DNA of 64,000 nt from Candidatus Woesearchaeota archaeon. Its GTDB lineage: Archaea > Nanobdellota > Nanobdellia > Woesearchaeales > JAZDKJ01. The position numbers and the translations under genes were made by a program. The DNA lies in contig JAZDKJ010000006.1 in the NCBI GenBank assembly GCA_043803105.1, forward strand, positions 160,001-224,000. The letters run 5' to 3'. Under the pieces are notes generated by a model. It did not search any database and was not told the DNA's origin. It saw only the letters and a program-made list of their open reading frames with translations. Below, one piece after another: positions 37,924-47,053 of this stretch; positions within the stretch are counted from its first letter, which is position 1; each line of letters opens with the position of its first letter.

Positions 37924-39096
37924 TTAAATCCACCCTTTATATGCCTCATTTGCCAATGAATTTCTTAGCGATGATTCCGAAAAAAAAGGTTTATACCCTT
38001 TTTCATGATAGATATCTGAGGCGTGCCTATACAAATTGATGATGTAATCATATGGCGGGCTTTTCAGTTTTCTGCCAAAAATTGCTCCTCGATCCGGATG
38101 AAATATGTTTGCGCCCGGCACCACACCCATATTTGCCATTTCAGTAAAACCCTCTTTGAGGTCTTCAAGACTGTTGATTCCACCAACAAAATTGCACCAA
38201 AGAGCCCCTTCACCATACAATTCTTTCACGCTGTACCTATATGCTTCCAAGATTGTATCATAACCTCTGTATTTTTGTTTACCAGGGCATACATCTGCGA
38301 ATCTGTCCTTTCCCCATACCTCTAGGTTGAAACTTGGGTGCTCCATTCCAGTTTCATAGAGTTCAGCCAGTCTTTTAAGTTCTATTGGGGGCATAAGAGC
38401 TGTGTTCCCGCGAATTTTATGATTCCAAGGAGCATATTCTCTTATAATATGTAGTGCACGGATGTGAGCTTCAAACTCCTCATTTGGGTTGACTGTAGAC
38501 CCACCTGTTGTTAGTACGAAGTTAATTTTGTCGCCTGATTTGAAGGATTTCGAGACTGCTTCTCTTATTTGAGATTCATCCTTCTTAACAAATACTTCGT
38601 GATATTTTTCCTGTGTCGGACTTACACTGCAGAATTTACATGGCAGACCCACATCCCAGAATTCACATCCTGAATAAATATTGATGTTTAGGGTATCAAA
38701 TCCATAGAAGTTTATTATCTTTTTTATGTCGCTGCCGTCTGCGAGCTGATTTGCCCAAACCTTTGGTCTAGGAAGGTAGTTGACAATGCTTATTGGGTCA
38801 ATTCCATTTTCGAAGAAGTGCAGCTTTCCATCATCTCCATATTTGACTATGTGTGGTGAGCTTGGTCTAAGATGTGTGCATACCACGATGTCGCCTGGCA
38901 GCAACAGCTCAGATGGGACTATTAGATCAGAGCTAATACCCCAGTTTGAATCGTCATACCCTCGGTGTTCTTCCTTAAACCTAGTACCTAGACCAGTTAA
39001 TGCATGTTCATCGATCCTAAATCCTTTTTCGAGGATCAAAGCCTTTACATGGGATGATATTTCTTTTTTCATGATATCACCTTTCAAAATACGCAC
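37924..39096 (-). CDS. Radical SAM protein with Cx8Cx2C motif (biotin-synthase-related family)
   Basis: GCEFWDVGLPCKFCS, FNLEVW, CPGK. Confidence 0.8.
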   Translation of the reverse strand: MRILKGDIMKKEISSHVKALILEKGFRIDEHALTGLGTRFKEEHRGYDDSNWGISSDLIVPSELLLPGDIVVCTHLRPSSPHIVKYGDDGKLHFFENGIDPISIVNYLPRPKVWANQLADGSDIKKIINFYGFDTLNINIYSGCEFWDVGLPCKFCSVSPTQEKYHEVFVKKDESQIREAVSKSFKSGDKINFVLTTGGSTVNPNEEFEAHIRALHIIREYAPWNHKIRGNTALMPPIELKRLAELYETGMEHPSFNLEVWGKDRFADVCPGKQKYRGYDTILEAYRYSVKELYGEGALWCNFVGGINSLEDLKEGFTEMANMGVVPGANIFHPDRGAIFGRKLKSPPYDYIINLYRHASDIYHEKGYKPFFSESSLRNSLANEAYKGWI

Positions 39097-40213
39097 GTGA
39101 GAATATATTAATCCTCCTTTTCAGCAATAGTAAAATCCCTGAAAGCAAGGCCAGAGTAATTACTATTGGGAAGAAGATTACAAACAGTGGCATCGTGACC
39201 AGGTCAATAATTCGGAAATCACCAAAGTGGATCCTTGTATACAATAATATGATTAGTATTGACAGTATGAGCACTAAATAGTTGACCAAGAATTCAGTTT
39301 TATGGGATATCAAGTAGGCTAGACCCAAAAATGTAATAAAATAATAGAGGCCGTACCATAGGAGTGGGTAGCTTAGTAAGATAAGCTTTCTCCGCAGATT
39401 GACCTTTAGCATTGTTTTTGCGAAGTGACCTATAGTATAGATGTTTCCGATGGTCCATCTGATTCTCTGCATAAAAAGGCATCTGAGTGTAGTTTTTTCC
39501 TGCTCAAAGGCCATCACCTCAGGGTAGACTCTGAGTTTATAACCAAGACGGATGGACGTATATGTTAGGACCAGGTCTTCCAAGATATGATAAGCTACCA
39601 GCTGCTTGTATTTTCTTGTTTTTACCACTCCAAAACAGCCAGGAAAGTTGGACATCCGGAAATATTCTTTGCCAAGTTGAATAATTCTCTGTCGTAGAAT
39701 CCTGTCCCAACTAATAAATTGGTATACAAAGTTCTTTTTAGTTTCAAAGGGGTCAATAAGACAGGTGGCGAAGTCAGCCTTGGTATCAATGGTATATCTG
39801 TAAACTGACTCAATTGCTTGGGGTTTCAGGATGGTATCAGCATCCACAACCACGAAATAATTGTCTTTTACCTTTGCAAGCCCCAACAATATGGATCCCA
39901 CCTTTGACGGTTGATGGTCTTTTTTATGGATCAACCTTATCTTGTCACTCTTCCACGAACGACATATCTCTTTTGTCTTATCCTCACAATTGTCTAAAAT
40001 CACTATTATTTCTTTTACTATTTCTCCCTGAGCAACCACGCTTTCCAGACATTTTGACATCACTTTGTCCTCGTTATATGCAGGGATAATAATTGATAGT
40101 GGGGATAGTTTGTCCTTGATTGGTTTGCTTTCGTTTCGGACCGCTCGTGACCCAAGGAGAAAAATTACAAAATACCCAATGAAGACTGATGTTATCAGAT
40201 TAACAATGAACAT
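39077..40213 (-). CDS. GT2 processive-type membrane glycosyltransferase
   Basis: IIIPAYNE, VDAD, ED, QRIRW (QxxRW) and C-terminal TM helices. Confidence 0.9.
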   Translation of the reverse strand: MFIVNLITSVFIGYFVIFLLGSRAVRNESKPIKDKLSPLSIIIPAYNEDKVMSKCLESVVAQGEIVKEIIVILDNCEDKTKEICRSWKSDKIRLIHKKDHQPSKVGSILLGLAKVKDNYFVVVDADTILKPQAIESVYRYTIDTKADFATCLIDPFETKKNFVYQFISWDRILRQRIIQLGKEYFRMSNFPGCFGVVKTRKYKQLVAYHILEDLVLTYTSIRLGYKLRVYPEVMAFEQEKTTLRCLFMQRIRWTIGNIYTIGHFAKTMLKVNLRRKLILLSYPLLWYGLYYFITFLGLAYLISHKTEFLVNYLVLILSILIILLYTRIHFGDFRIIDLVTMPLFVIFFPIVITLALLSGILLLLKRRINIFSRAYFER

Positions 40214-40793
40214 TAGATATCACCTGCCACATCTCGTCAGCGATATCATCTAGCTTCCGATGCGTCGTGTTGATAACATGCCAACTATCTGGGTCTGTGG
40301 TTATGAAACCTTGGTATAGGGCATTGGTTTGATTTGAATACTCCTTTGTCAAATTGTCATTGATGCTATTGTTTGTTCTGCCAGATACTCTATGTATTCG
40401 CTGTTCATGGTCACATGTGAGGAGAAAGCTTTTTGTCGGTTGTAGGATCATGTTATTAAAGAAAGTATAAATAGGGTAAATTACCTCGAAATCAAGTTTC
40501 TCTCTTATGGCATAGTCAACAAAACAACTTGTGATATATCGATCACATATTACCCTGGGTTCCTTTGGGAATTTTCGGATAGTTGATTCAGCAAAGAATG
40601 TTGAAGAGAGATAGTAAAGGAACCTGGCATGATTATTTTCACTATTGTCTACCGAGACCCTTATGGGTGTATATTCAATTTGGGGTGTTTTGCATAATAC
40701 TACATCTTGGATACCAGAGATTATCTGCAACACAGAGGTTTTCCCAACCCCATTGTCACCTTCCACAACAAAAAAATTGCTCATTAATCCCAC
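40200..40793 (-). CDS. Thymidylate/dNMP kinase-like P-loop protein
   Basis: VVEGDNGVGKT, DRY, R..R...R lid. Confidence 0.85.
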   Translation of the reverse strand: MGLMSNFFVVEGDNGVGKTSVLQIISGIQDVVLCKTPQIEYTPIRVSVDNSENNHARFLYYLSSTFFAESTIRKFPKEPRVICDRYITSCFVDYAIREKLDFEVIYPIYTFFNNMILQPTKSFLLTCDHEQRIHRVSGRTNNSINDNLTKEYSNQTNALYQGFITTDPDSWHVINTTHRKLDDIADEMWQVISNVHC

Positions 40794-40944
40794 CTTAGGC
40801 TGATATGATGTTATTGCCTGTCTATTAATAAAGGTTTACCCAGGTATTTCTCCTGCAGGGCGGTCCATATTATATATGATATTCATTGTGGACAAGTATA
40901 TTTGAATTCCAACGCAGGTCTATGAAATAAAAGAAAAATAATAA

Positions 40945-40963
40945 TAGCCCGGGCGGATTCGAA
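40945..40963 (-). repeat. Intron-less tRNA-Gln(UUG) 3'-end fragment (att-like)
   Basis: The minus strand reads TTCGAATCCGCCCGGGCTA, the spliced 3' end of the tRNA at 44648 with one base missing. Confidence 0.7.
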
Positions 40964-41009
40964 TTGCATGTGCCCAAAACTTTAGAATTTTATGCTTTCA
41001 GACCATGCC

Positions 41010-41210
41010 TCATCTGTTCCTGTCATTTCTCTTCTTTAAAGCACTTGTAGGAAAAAGCTTCGCGATTATACTGCCCTGCTTTTTGACAATCTTGTCCATG
41101 CAATCTGAACAGATATCAGCAGCATGAGTGTCGTCTATCTTGAGGTGATGCCACTCAGGCAGATAGTCCTTTATCGGTTGATCACATAAACTGCATTTCA
41201 TGTTCTCCAC
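41010..41210 (-). CDS. Small CxxC...CxxC zinc-binding protein
   Basis: CSLC and ICSDC. Confidence 0.55.
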   Translation of the reverse strand: MENMKCSLCDQPIKDYLPEWHHLKIDDTHAADICSDCMDKIVKKQGSIIAKLFPTSALKKRNDRNR

Positions 41211-41295
41211 TTCAATATTTTAAAAAACATCACTTCCTCATCATCATGAGGAAGATATACAGCTCGGGGCGGATCGCCCATTTTCGTTTTCGCGT

Positions 41296-42024
41296 TCAAA
41301 CCCTGAAATTTAAGTTTCTTGAAGGTTTTGCCATCTTCCATAATAGTTTAAAGTGTTTTCTGAATGATTCAGCCAACTCTGGGCTATCAATGAATATCAA
41401 ATATAATGGTTTCCATTGAATCATCACAATAGTGTTACCATAGATTAATGTCGGAGTCGGCTGAAAAAACGCTTTATCTACATATCTGTATTCACTAATT
41501 CTACTACCAAATACTTTTGCACCTTTATAGGTAATCAATTTTTCTTTTAGATTAACTGCTTCTGCATCCCTATAATATTGCTGGAGACCTGTTTCATCCA
41601 AATCCATATACTCTGCATCATCTATACCTAACCCAAGCACTTCATTTTTTTTGTGTACAGCATCTCTGTATAAATATCGTATTCCTTCAATTCCCTGCCT
41701 AACTTCAACAGTAAATGAATATCCTTTTGTATGTAATGATTGTAAACTTGGAATCATTTCGGCAAATCTATTTTTTCGTTCCTCTAATAGTTCCAAAATC
41801 TTTTCTGGAGATGTTGCAGAGAACGTCTTGGAGTTATGAGATATTACCTGACTAATATATCCCTTCTCTAACATTTTCAACATGATGTAATATGCAGTTG
41901 TCCTATCCATCCCCAATTCTGCACCAATTTTGCTGGCGGGAGATGGACCAAGGGATAAAAGTGTTTTATATATGGCGACTTCTTTTTTCTCAAAACCTAT
42001 TGATTCGAGCACATCCAATTTCAT
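41296..42024 (-). CDS. TrmB-family transcriptional regulator
   Basis: L..IGF...E..IY..LL.LG, Y....M.EKG.I, F..HF..LW..AK. Confidence 0.88.
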   Translation of the reverse strand: MKLDVLESIGFEKKEVAIYKTLLSLGPSPASKIGAELGMDRTTAYYIMLKMLEKGYISQVISHNSKTFSATSPEKILELLEERKNRFAEMIPSLQSLHTKGYSFTVEVRQGIEGIRYLYRDAVHKKNEVLGLGIDDAEYMDLDETGLQQYYRDAEAVNLKEKLITYKGAKVFGSRISEYRYVDKAFFQPTPTLIYGNTIVMIQWKPLYLIFIDSPELAESFRKHFKLLWKMAKPSRNLNFRV

Positions 42025-42054
42025 ATGACAGTCAAAAACATTTAAGTTTATTAA

Positions 42055-42075
42055 TGTTGTGAATTTTTCACAGCA
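42055..42075. promoter_or_regulatory. Palindromic operator between TrmB gene and divergent ORF
   Basis: TGTTGTGAA-ttt-TTCACAGCA. Confidence 0.55.
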
Positions 42076-42131
42076 TAATAATATATACTCATTGTATACC
42101 TACTAAATAGTAGTTTTACGGAGGTAATGAA

Positions 42132-42449
42132 ATGCCAAGTTATTATGGACGAGGTGCGGTTTATAATTGGTATTTGTCTAAACAGATGGATATACCAAGT
42201 CCAGATTTACAGAGAGTAATAGAGAAATGGGATAATAAATCCTTGATTGGAAAAGTCCTATATGCAATAAATCTATTTTCAGGTAAAGAACTGGAAATTA
42301 TTGTGGCAAGAGACATATTAGATGCAAGAGATGATCCTCAAGGAGAAACAGCACAAAAAATTAACTGGAAAATAGAAGAGTACAGAAAAGAGAAGAAAGA
42401 AAAAAGGATGAGTGTATCGGAATATCTTAGGTCTTTTTTTGGAGGTTAA
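42132..42449 (+). CDS. Hypothetical protein
   Basis: 105 aa, GGAGG RBS, AT-rich. Confidence 0.6.
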   Translation: MPSYYGRGAVYNWYLSKQMDIPSPDLQRVIEKWDNKSLIGKVLYAINLFSGKELEIIVARDILDARDDPQGETAQKINWKIEEYRKEKKEKRMSVSEYLRSFFGG

Positions 42450-42578
42450 AGCAATCACTTTTCTACGTCTTTGACATCAAAATCAAATGGCCCTGCCATT
42501 TTTTATGAGGAAGCCTTTCAAATCGCCTAACAATGTTTCCCTTCATCTTTTTGATTTATAAAAGAAAAAAAGACATCC

Positions 42579-42625
42579 AGAAAAATCTAGCCCTGAATCC
42601 CGTCAAAAAGGAAATAGCCCCGGGC
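42579..42625 (-). repeat. att-like repeat: tRNA-Gln(UUG) 3' end plus conserved arm
   Basis: AGAAAAATCTAGCCCT..CGTCAAAAAGG..ATAGCCCCGGGC; compare 44611-44658. Confidence 0.75.
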
Positions 42626-42740
42626 ACGTAAGCCCTTTTAAAAACCCACTTTACGATTAAATGATCCATATTCCTCTCATTTCTAGGTTACTTTTGTCAA
42701 AGATGATATTTGCCCAAGATAAAATGGGCGACCTCACACA

Positions 42741-43343
42741 CTACAGAGTGAGCTCACTAGGGCTGTCTTTGAGTGGGATGGCGATGCGCATTTTAGTATC
42801 TCCACTGAATTTTATCCTTGAAAAGAAATCATAGATTAGGTTAAACCACTCGTCCACCTTAGCGGGCGCCCCTTCCAGGTCCACCACAAATTTTAGCCGC
42901 CGAACTTCAGCAGGCAACTCTTGTTGTTTGCCGAAGGTTTCCTGAAGAATCACGGCCAATGCTTTTTCATCAATAATAAAAAGTCGGTGTGCAACTCTAT
43001 TTCGCAAATGATTTAATTGCATGGTATAACCGTTTACTTTGGCAGCCTGCTTCTTGTGCAAGATGGTTGTCATATTAGTAGATGCAACGGCGTCAAAGGT
43101 GCTACGGTAAGGTTCCTGCTGTAGAATTTTTTCGAAGACAATCTCCCGCTTCTTGTTAAATCCTAAGTTATCAAGCAATAAGTCCTGAAAAATACTAGAA
43201 GAGTCCAAGTTTGCTTTGTCCCCGCATCTGCAACATCGAAAAATGTATTTACTAATGAAATCATCCATCAAGAACTCCACTTGTAGATGCCTTTCCAGCG
43301 TTAGCGCTCGAAATTCCCTTATCCTCTGTAAATTACTAACCAT
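42741..43343 (-). CDS. Predicted HEPN-like protein (RxxxxH motif)
   Basis: Helical protein with LNHLRNRVAH. Confidence 0.55.
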   Translation of the reverse strand: MVSNLQRIREFRALTLERHLQVEFLMDDFISKYIFRCCRCGDKANLDSSSIFQDLLLDNLGFNKKREIVFEKILQQEPYRSTFDAVASTNMTTILHKKQAAKVNGYTMQLNHLRNRVAHRLFIIDEKALAVILQETFGKQQELPAEVRRLKFVVDLEGAPAKVDEWFNLIYDFFSRIKFSGDTKMRIAIPLKDSPSELTL

Positions 43344-43443
43344 TTTAGTAGTACTTGGCTTAATATATATTCATTATATAAAAATATGTCCGCTTTTTGC
43401 AGTATTCAAGTACATAGTTAAAAGTCAGCAAGAAGGGCAAAAA

Positions 43444-43485
43444 ATAGCCCTATAACCGCGTCAAAATGGTGGATAGCCCCGGGCG
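43444..43485 (-). repeat. att-like repeat: tRNA-Gln(UUG) 3' end plus conserved arm
   Basis: ATAGCCCT...CGTCAAAATGG..ATAGCCCCGGGCG. Confidence 0.75.
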
Positions 43486-43577
43486 AGTCCAAAAGTACCT
43501 TTTTCCGTAACAATCCTTACCACGATTAAGGACTGTTGTGACCAAAAACAATAGATTTATATATAAATGTTGCTTTT

Positions 43578-44123
43578 ATGCAACATATGTTGCAAATACG
43601 AAACAATTTTGAGATTGTTGAAGTGCTGAGGAAAGAGCCTTGCCATATCAGGGATATTGCCGGCAAATTGAGAATGGTACCTTCTACTGTCATGCGCACC
43701 CTCAGATTCCTGCAGAAAGAAAAGGTGGTTGACCTTAAAAAAGAGGGAAAAAACAGTAAATACTTCCTAAAGGATACTTTGGAGGCTACAGTGTATCTAT
43801 ATTTATCAGAGCATTATAAACTACTTAAAACATTAGAAGATCCTATGCTAAGAAGGGTAATCAAAGAACTGAAGGCTACAACTTCTGGAGAACTAATCAT
43901 TTTGTTTGGGAGCCATGCCAAGAAAAATGCCGCGAGCACTAGCGACATTGACATATATGTCGAAACTGGGGACAAATCCCTGAAACAGAGGCTTGAAAAA
44001 ATTTCCGGAAAGCTTAGCATAAAAATTGGCAACTTTAATAAGGAAGTTCCTCTCGCAAAGGAAATAATTAGAAACCACATAATTGTTCAGAATGTTGAGA
44101 GATTCTATCAATTGCTCAAATGA
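43578..44123 (+). CDS. wHTH-fused minimal nucleotidyltransferase (MNT antitoxin-like)
   Basis: N-terminal HTH and LFGSHAK....SDIDIYV. The perfect palindrome TGCAACATATGTTGCA (43579-43594) overlaps the start. Confidence 0.85.
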   Translation: MQHMLQIRNNFEIVEVLRKEPCHIRDIAGKLRMVPSTVMRTLRFLQKEKVVDLKKEGKNSKYFLKDTLEATVYLYLSEHYKLLKTLEDPMLRRVIKELKATTSGELIILFGSHAKKNAASTSDIDIYVETGDKSLKQRLEKISGKLSIKIGNFNKEVPLAKEIIRNHIIVQNVERFYQLLK

Positions 44124-44647
44124 GACAGATAAAATTCGTGGCAAAACTGATAAGTGAAGAAAAAATAAAGCTTGTTGAGCCCAGTAAGGAAGTATCTGAT
44201 TCATACTCAGATAAATCCAGGAATTCCCTTCGGGCTGCAAATATCCTACTTGAGCAGAATCTGCTGGAAGAAGCTATGTCTATGGCATATTATGCCATGT
44301 ACCACAAAGCAACCTCACTATTTTATCTAATCGGAATAAAATGCGAGAATCATGCTGCCACAATAATACTCTTGAAGGAGCTCTTTGGCGTTGACAACTC
44401 AGATATCTCATTTGCTAAGAATGAGCGTTTCGATAAGCAGTATTACACTGATTTTGTTATCGGAAACAATGATGTAGATGATCTTGTCACCAAGGCTGAA
44501 TCCTTCATAGCCACAATGGATTCATTCATTGATAAGATCACTGTGGAGGAAAAGAAGAAGTATCTGGCTGAGTTTAGAAGGGTATACTTTAAGAGAGATA
44601 GCGGTTCAGCAGAAGAATCTAGTCCTAGTTTACGTCAAAAAGGGTAA
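44120..44647 (+). CDS. HEPN domain protein (MNT-HEPN pair)
   Basis: A..LL......A.SMAYYAMYH.A..L, NH.A, R...QY. Overlaps the MNT stop. Confidence 0.85.
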   Translation: MRQIKFVAKLISEEKIKLVEPSKEVSDSYSDKSRNSLRAANILLEQNLLEEAMSMAYYAMYHKATSLFYLIGIKCENHAATIILLKELFGVDNSDISFAKNERFDKQYYTDFVIGNNDVDDLVTKAESFIATMDSFIDKITVEEKKKYLAEFRRVYFKRDSGSAEESSPSLRQKG

Positions 44648-44867
44648 TAGCCCCGGGCGGACTTTCGTGGCGAAAAGTCATTTGCTCCTTAATTATACAG
44701 GCCAACCTTGTGTTGGCCGAAGGTGATTCAAGCTTTGCTTGAATTGCCACAGACTTTGTCTGTGAGCATGGCTGACTTCTCAGCTCTTTCGAACCGCCGT
44801 CAAGGCCTCCAAAGGGCCCTATGATTGACCGTTGTGCTTGGATTTTGCCAACCTACACTACGGGGCT
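44648..44867 (-). tRNA. tRNA-Gln(UUG) with D-loop intron (44832-44852) and long T-loop intron (44662-44787)
   Basis: Spliced sequence: AGCCCCGTAGTGTAGCGGTCAATCATAGGGCCCTTTGGAGGCCTTGACGGCGGTTCGAATCCGCCCGGGGCTA. A TATA-like TTTAAAT lies ~27 nt upstream. Confidence 0.85.
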
Positions 44868-44925
44868 GTGGATTAGAACGGTTCACTGACGATATTTAAA
44901 TTTAATGCTTCTTTGGAAGTATAGA

Positions 44926-45903
44926 TCACTTCTTTGGCGTAAAGAATTCAAACTTCAGATCCACAAAAGGTCCGTTGTCCGGAACCTCTATTCCTCGACG
45001 CTCAAGCAAAGGTGTATACGCTTCTTTGGAATTTGCATAACCAAAGTTTCCGGTAGGGTCAAGAATCACATGCTCGTTATCAATTTCCTGTTCCAGCAGT
45101 GCATGATTGTGGGGCCTACCCTTGCCTCTAGGAAACAGCTTCTCTGCTATCGACTCTTGAAAGCAAACAGGTGTAGGGTTCGCTCCAATCGAATAGAGGA
45201 TTGCAAATTCCAAGGCAACGTACTGTGCACAAACAGGTCCATGATGCATGAAAAGTTCTCCTAGCGGGTAATGCAACGGCTTAAAGTCCAATAAGCCACC
45301 TTCGGGAAATTCATATATGCTTCCATCACCTGGCTTAACCCTGGTTCCTACCCATCTGGTGAATTGGTCTAAGGTTTTTGATTCATGAAACTTCTGTTCT
45401 CCTTCTAGAATCAGGCTGTCAAGGATTGGGTCTTCGGGAAAGAAAGTTGCCACAGGTGCTATTAATCCGTAAGGGCTCGACATTACTGTAGCCGAAGGAA
45501 ATTTGGTCTCAATCCTTACTGTCACAAACTGCTTGCCTTCAAAACCCTCTACTCTGATTGGATAAGGTGGCCTCTCTTCGCGAGCTTCTAGCACAAATTG
45601 AGTCTGTTGTCGCGCAATAGTATAAAGAGGAGGTATCACAACAGTAGGGTTGTTAGTCCACTTAGACGACTCCAGCAATTTAAGATGTTCCAGGACAAGT
45701 TTTTTTCCATCCACTGTTCTTGCGTACGCAAGCTCGTAGTTGCCAAGGTCTACAAATCTGCCTTTCAGATCTTCTAGCTTGTCACCAGTTACCATGTACC
45801 TGCAAATAAGCTGGAGAAACAACAGGCTGGAACGTGAGAGCTTACTTAGGTCATTTCCAAGCATGGCCAATAAAATCTGCTTTGCTTTAAAAGCCTTAGC
45901 CAA
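44926..45903 (-). CDS. Transglutaminase-like (Cys-His-Asp) protein
   Basis: VCAQYVA, NHAL and ILDPT in the C-terminal half. Confidence 0.6.
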   Translation of the reverse strand: MAKAFKAKQILLAMLGNDLSKLSRSSLLFLQLICRYMVTGDKLEDLKGRFVDLGNYELAYARTVDGKKLVLEHLKLLESSKWTNNPTVVIPPLYTIARQQTQFVLEAREERPPYPIRVEGFEGKQFVTVRIETKFPSATVMSSPYGLIAPVATFFPEDPILDSLILEGEQKFHESKTLDQFTRWVGTRVKPGDGSIYEFPEGGLLDFKPLHYPLGELFMHHGPVCAQYVALEFAILYSIGANPTPVCFQESIAEKLFPRGKGRPHNHALLEQEIDNEHVILDPTGNFGYANSKEAYTPLLERRGIEVPDNGPFVDLKFEFFTPKK

Positions 45904-45921
45904 AAATTTATTAGTGGAAAT

Positions 45922-46461
45922 CTAGTGTTTGTTTATAAAGTCCATATACTGAGCCAACGCATTCACAAACGTCTGCGTGTACTTTTCAGGAGAATTCTTC
46001 ATGTCTTCCAACAGAATCATTGGCCACTGCCAGAATACTCTGCCTATTTCTTTAGGATTTGGGGAGAATGGTCCGGGGTACTGCACCGCATAGAGCTTTG
46101 TATTCTCCTTGTTTGTCTCCCTCGTGTCATTTTTGTAGGATGCAATCTCCACAAGACTTAGTCCTGATGGAAGGTTTCGTTTGCTGTAGAATAGTTCATC
46201 CCTGAGTTGCATAGTTGCCCCCTCAAGATGGTTCTGGCCAGCCATTGGATGGCCTGCTGCTGAAGGATGCAGTTTGCCTTTGCTTGTTTTTTGTTTCTGA
46301 CTTCTTTCCGCAACCAATATTCTGCTTGTCAGGTTCCCCAATTCGTAGTCTGTCGCAAATATCTGTGCGCTCCTGTGCCTTAATCCTTTTGCATGTATCT
46401 CTTCGAAATCAGCCTGTCCGATTACATTATCGTCTTCATCAACAATATCAAGTAAGCCCAT
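45922..46461 (-). CDS. NUDIX hydrolase (IDI type 1-like)
   Basis: VDEDDNVIG, H.KGLRHR, RS..K, SAAGH. Likely start is MGLLD. Confidence 0.8.
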   Translation of the reverse strand: MGLLDIVDEDDNVIGQADFEEIHAKGLRHRSAQIFATDYELGNLTSRILVAERSQKQKTSKGKLHPSAAGHPMAGQNHLEGATMQLRDELFYSKRNLPSGLSLVEIASYKNDTRETNKENTKLYAVQYPGPFSPNPKEIGRVFWQWPMILLEDMKNSPEKYTQTFVNALAQYMDFINKH

Positions 46462-46587
46462 GTGTTTGAGGTTATCCGTGACAATAAAAAGCTTTTCCAC
46501 AGTTTCAAGTACAAAACTGACCTCAATTGTTCTTTCCCGCGGCAAAAATCGCAAAGATATTTAAGAAGGGAATTGCTAATAGAGGGC

Positions 46588-47016
46588 ATGGCATGCAAAT
46601 GGTGCACATTTGATGATCAGCACTTGATTATTAAGGAATACAAGTATTGGAGGCTATCTATTGCAGAAAGCCAGATACTTTTGGGTTGGACTCACGCATC
46701 ATTGAGAAGGCATGTTTGCTTCTTCGACGAACTGGAAGATAAGGAGCTCGCAGAGCTGAAAGCTGTCGTGAAGGAGATTCGTCATGCCCTTGCAAAAACC
46801 TTTAAGCCTGATTGGTTCAATGTCATGCAGCTCGGCAACATGACTCCCCATCTTCATTTTCAGTTGGTTCCAAGGTACCGGACCAAAAGGACTTTTGCCG
46901 GTAGAGAATTCGTTGACAGCACTTTCGGAAGGCCAATAGCTGACAAATGGGTAGTTGAAGATGACAAGTTCCTGGTGATGATTAGGGACCACTTAAAGGA
47001 TGCAATGCAAAGCTAG
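46588..47016 (+). CDS. HIT family protein
   Basis: C..C N-terminus, LGN..PHLHFQLVPRY. Confidence 0.88.
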   Translation: MACKWCTFDDQHLIIKEYKYWRLSIAESQILLGWTHASLRRHVCFFDELEDKELAELKAVVKEIRHALAKTFKPDWFNVMQLGNMTPHLHFQLVPRYRTKRTFAGREFVDSTFGRPIADKWVVEDDKFLVMIRDHLKDAMQS

Positions 47017-47053
47017 CTTCCAGCGTGGTTGGTCCACTTTCAGTTGATGCTCT

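Noticed and set aside
36874-40793. Prokaryotic viperin plus nucleotide kinase antiviral system
   Set aside because: The rSAMs carry SPASM and Cx8Cx2C signatures rather than the viperin-type CNYxCxFC motif, so the kinase adjacency alone is insufficient.
33300-40940. Biosynthetic cluster as a further tRNA-Gln cassette
   Set aside because: It abuts the last att-like fragment, but I found no matching tRNA 3' repeat at its far (left) boundary.
40945-44660. CRISPR array
   Set aside because: The repeats are tRNA-derived, degenerate and separated by gene-sized intervals. No regular 30-40 nt spacers or cas genes are seen anywhere in the window.
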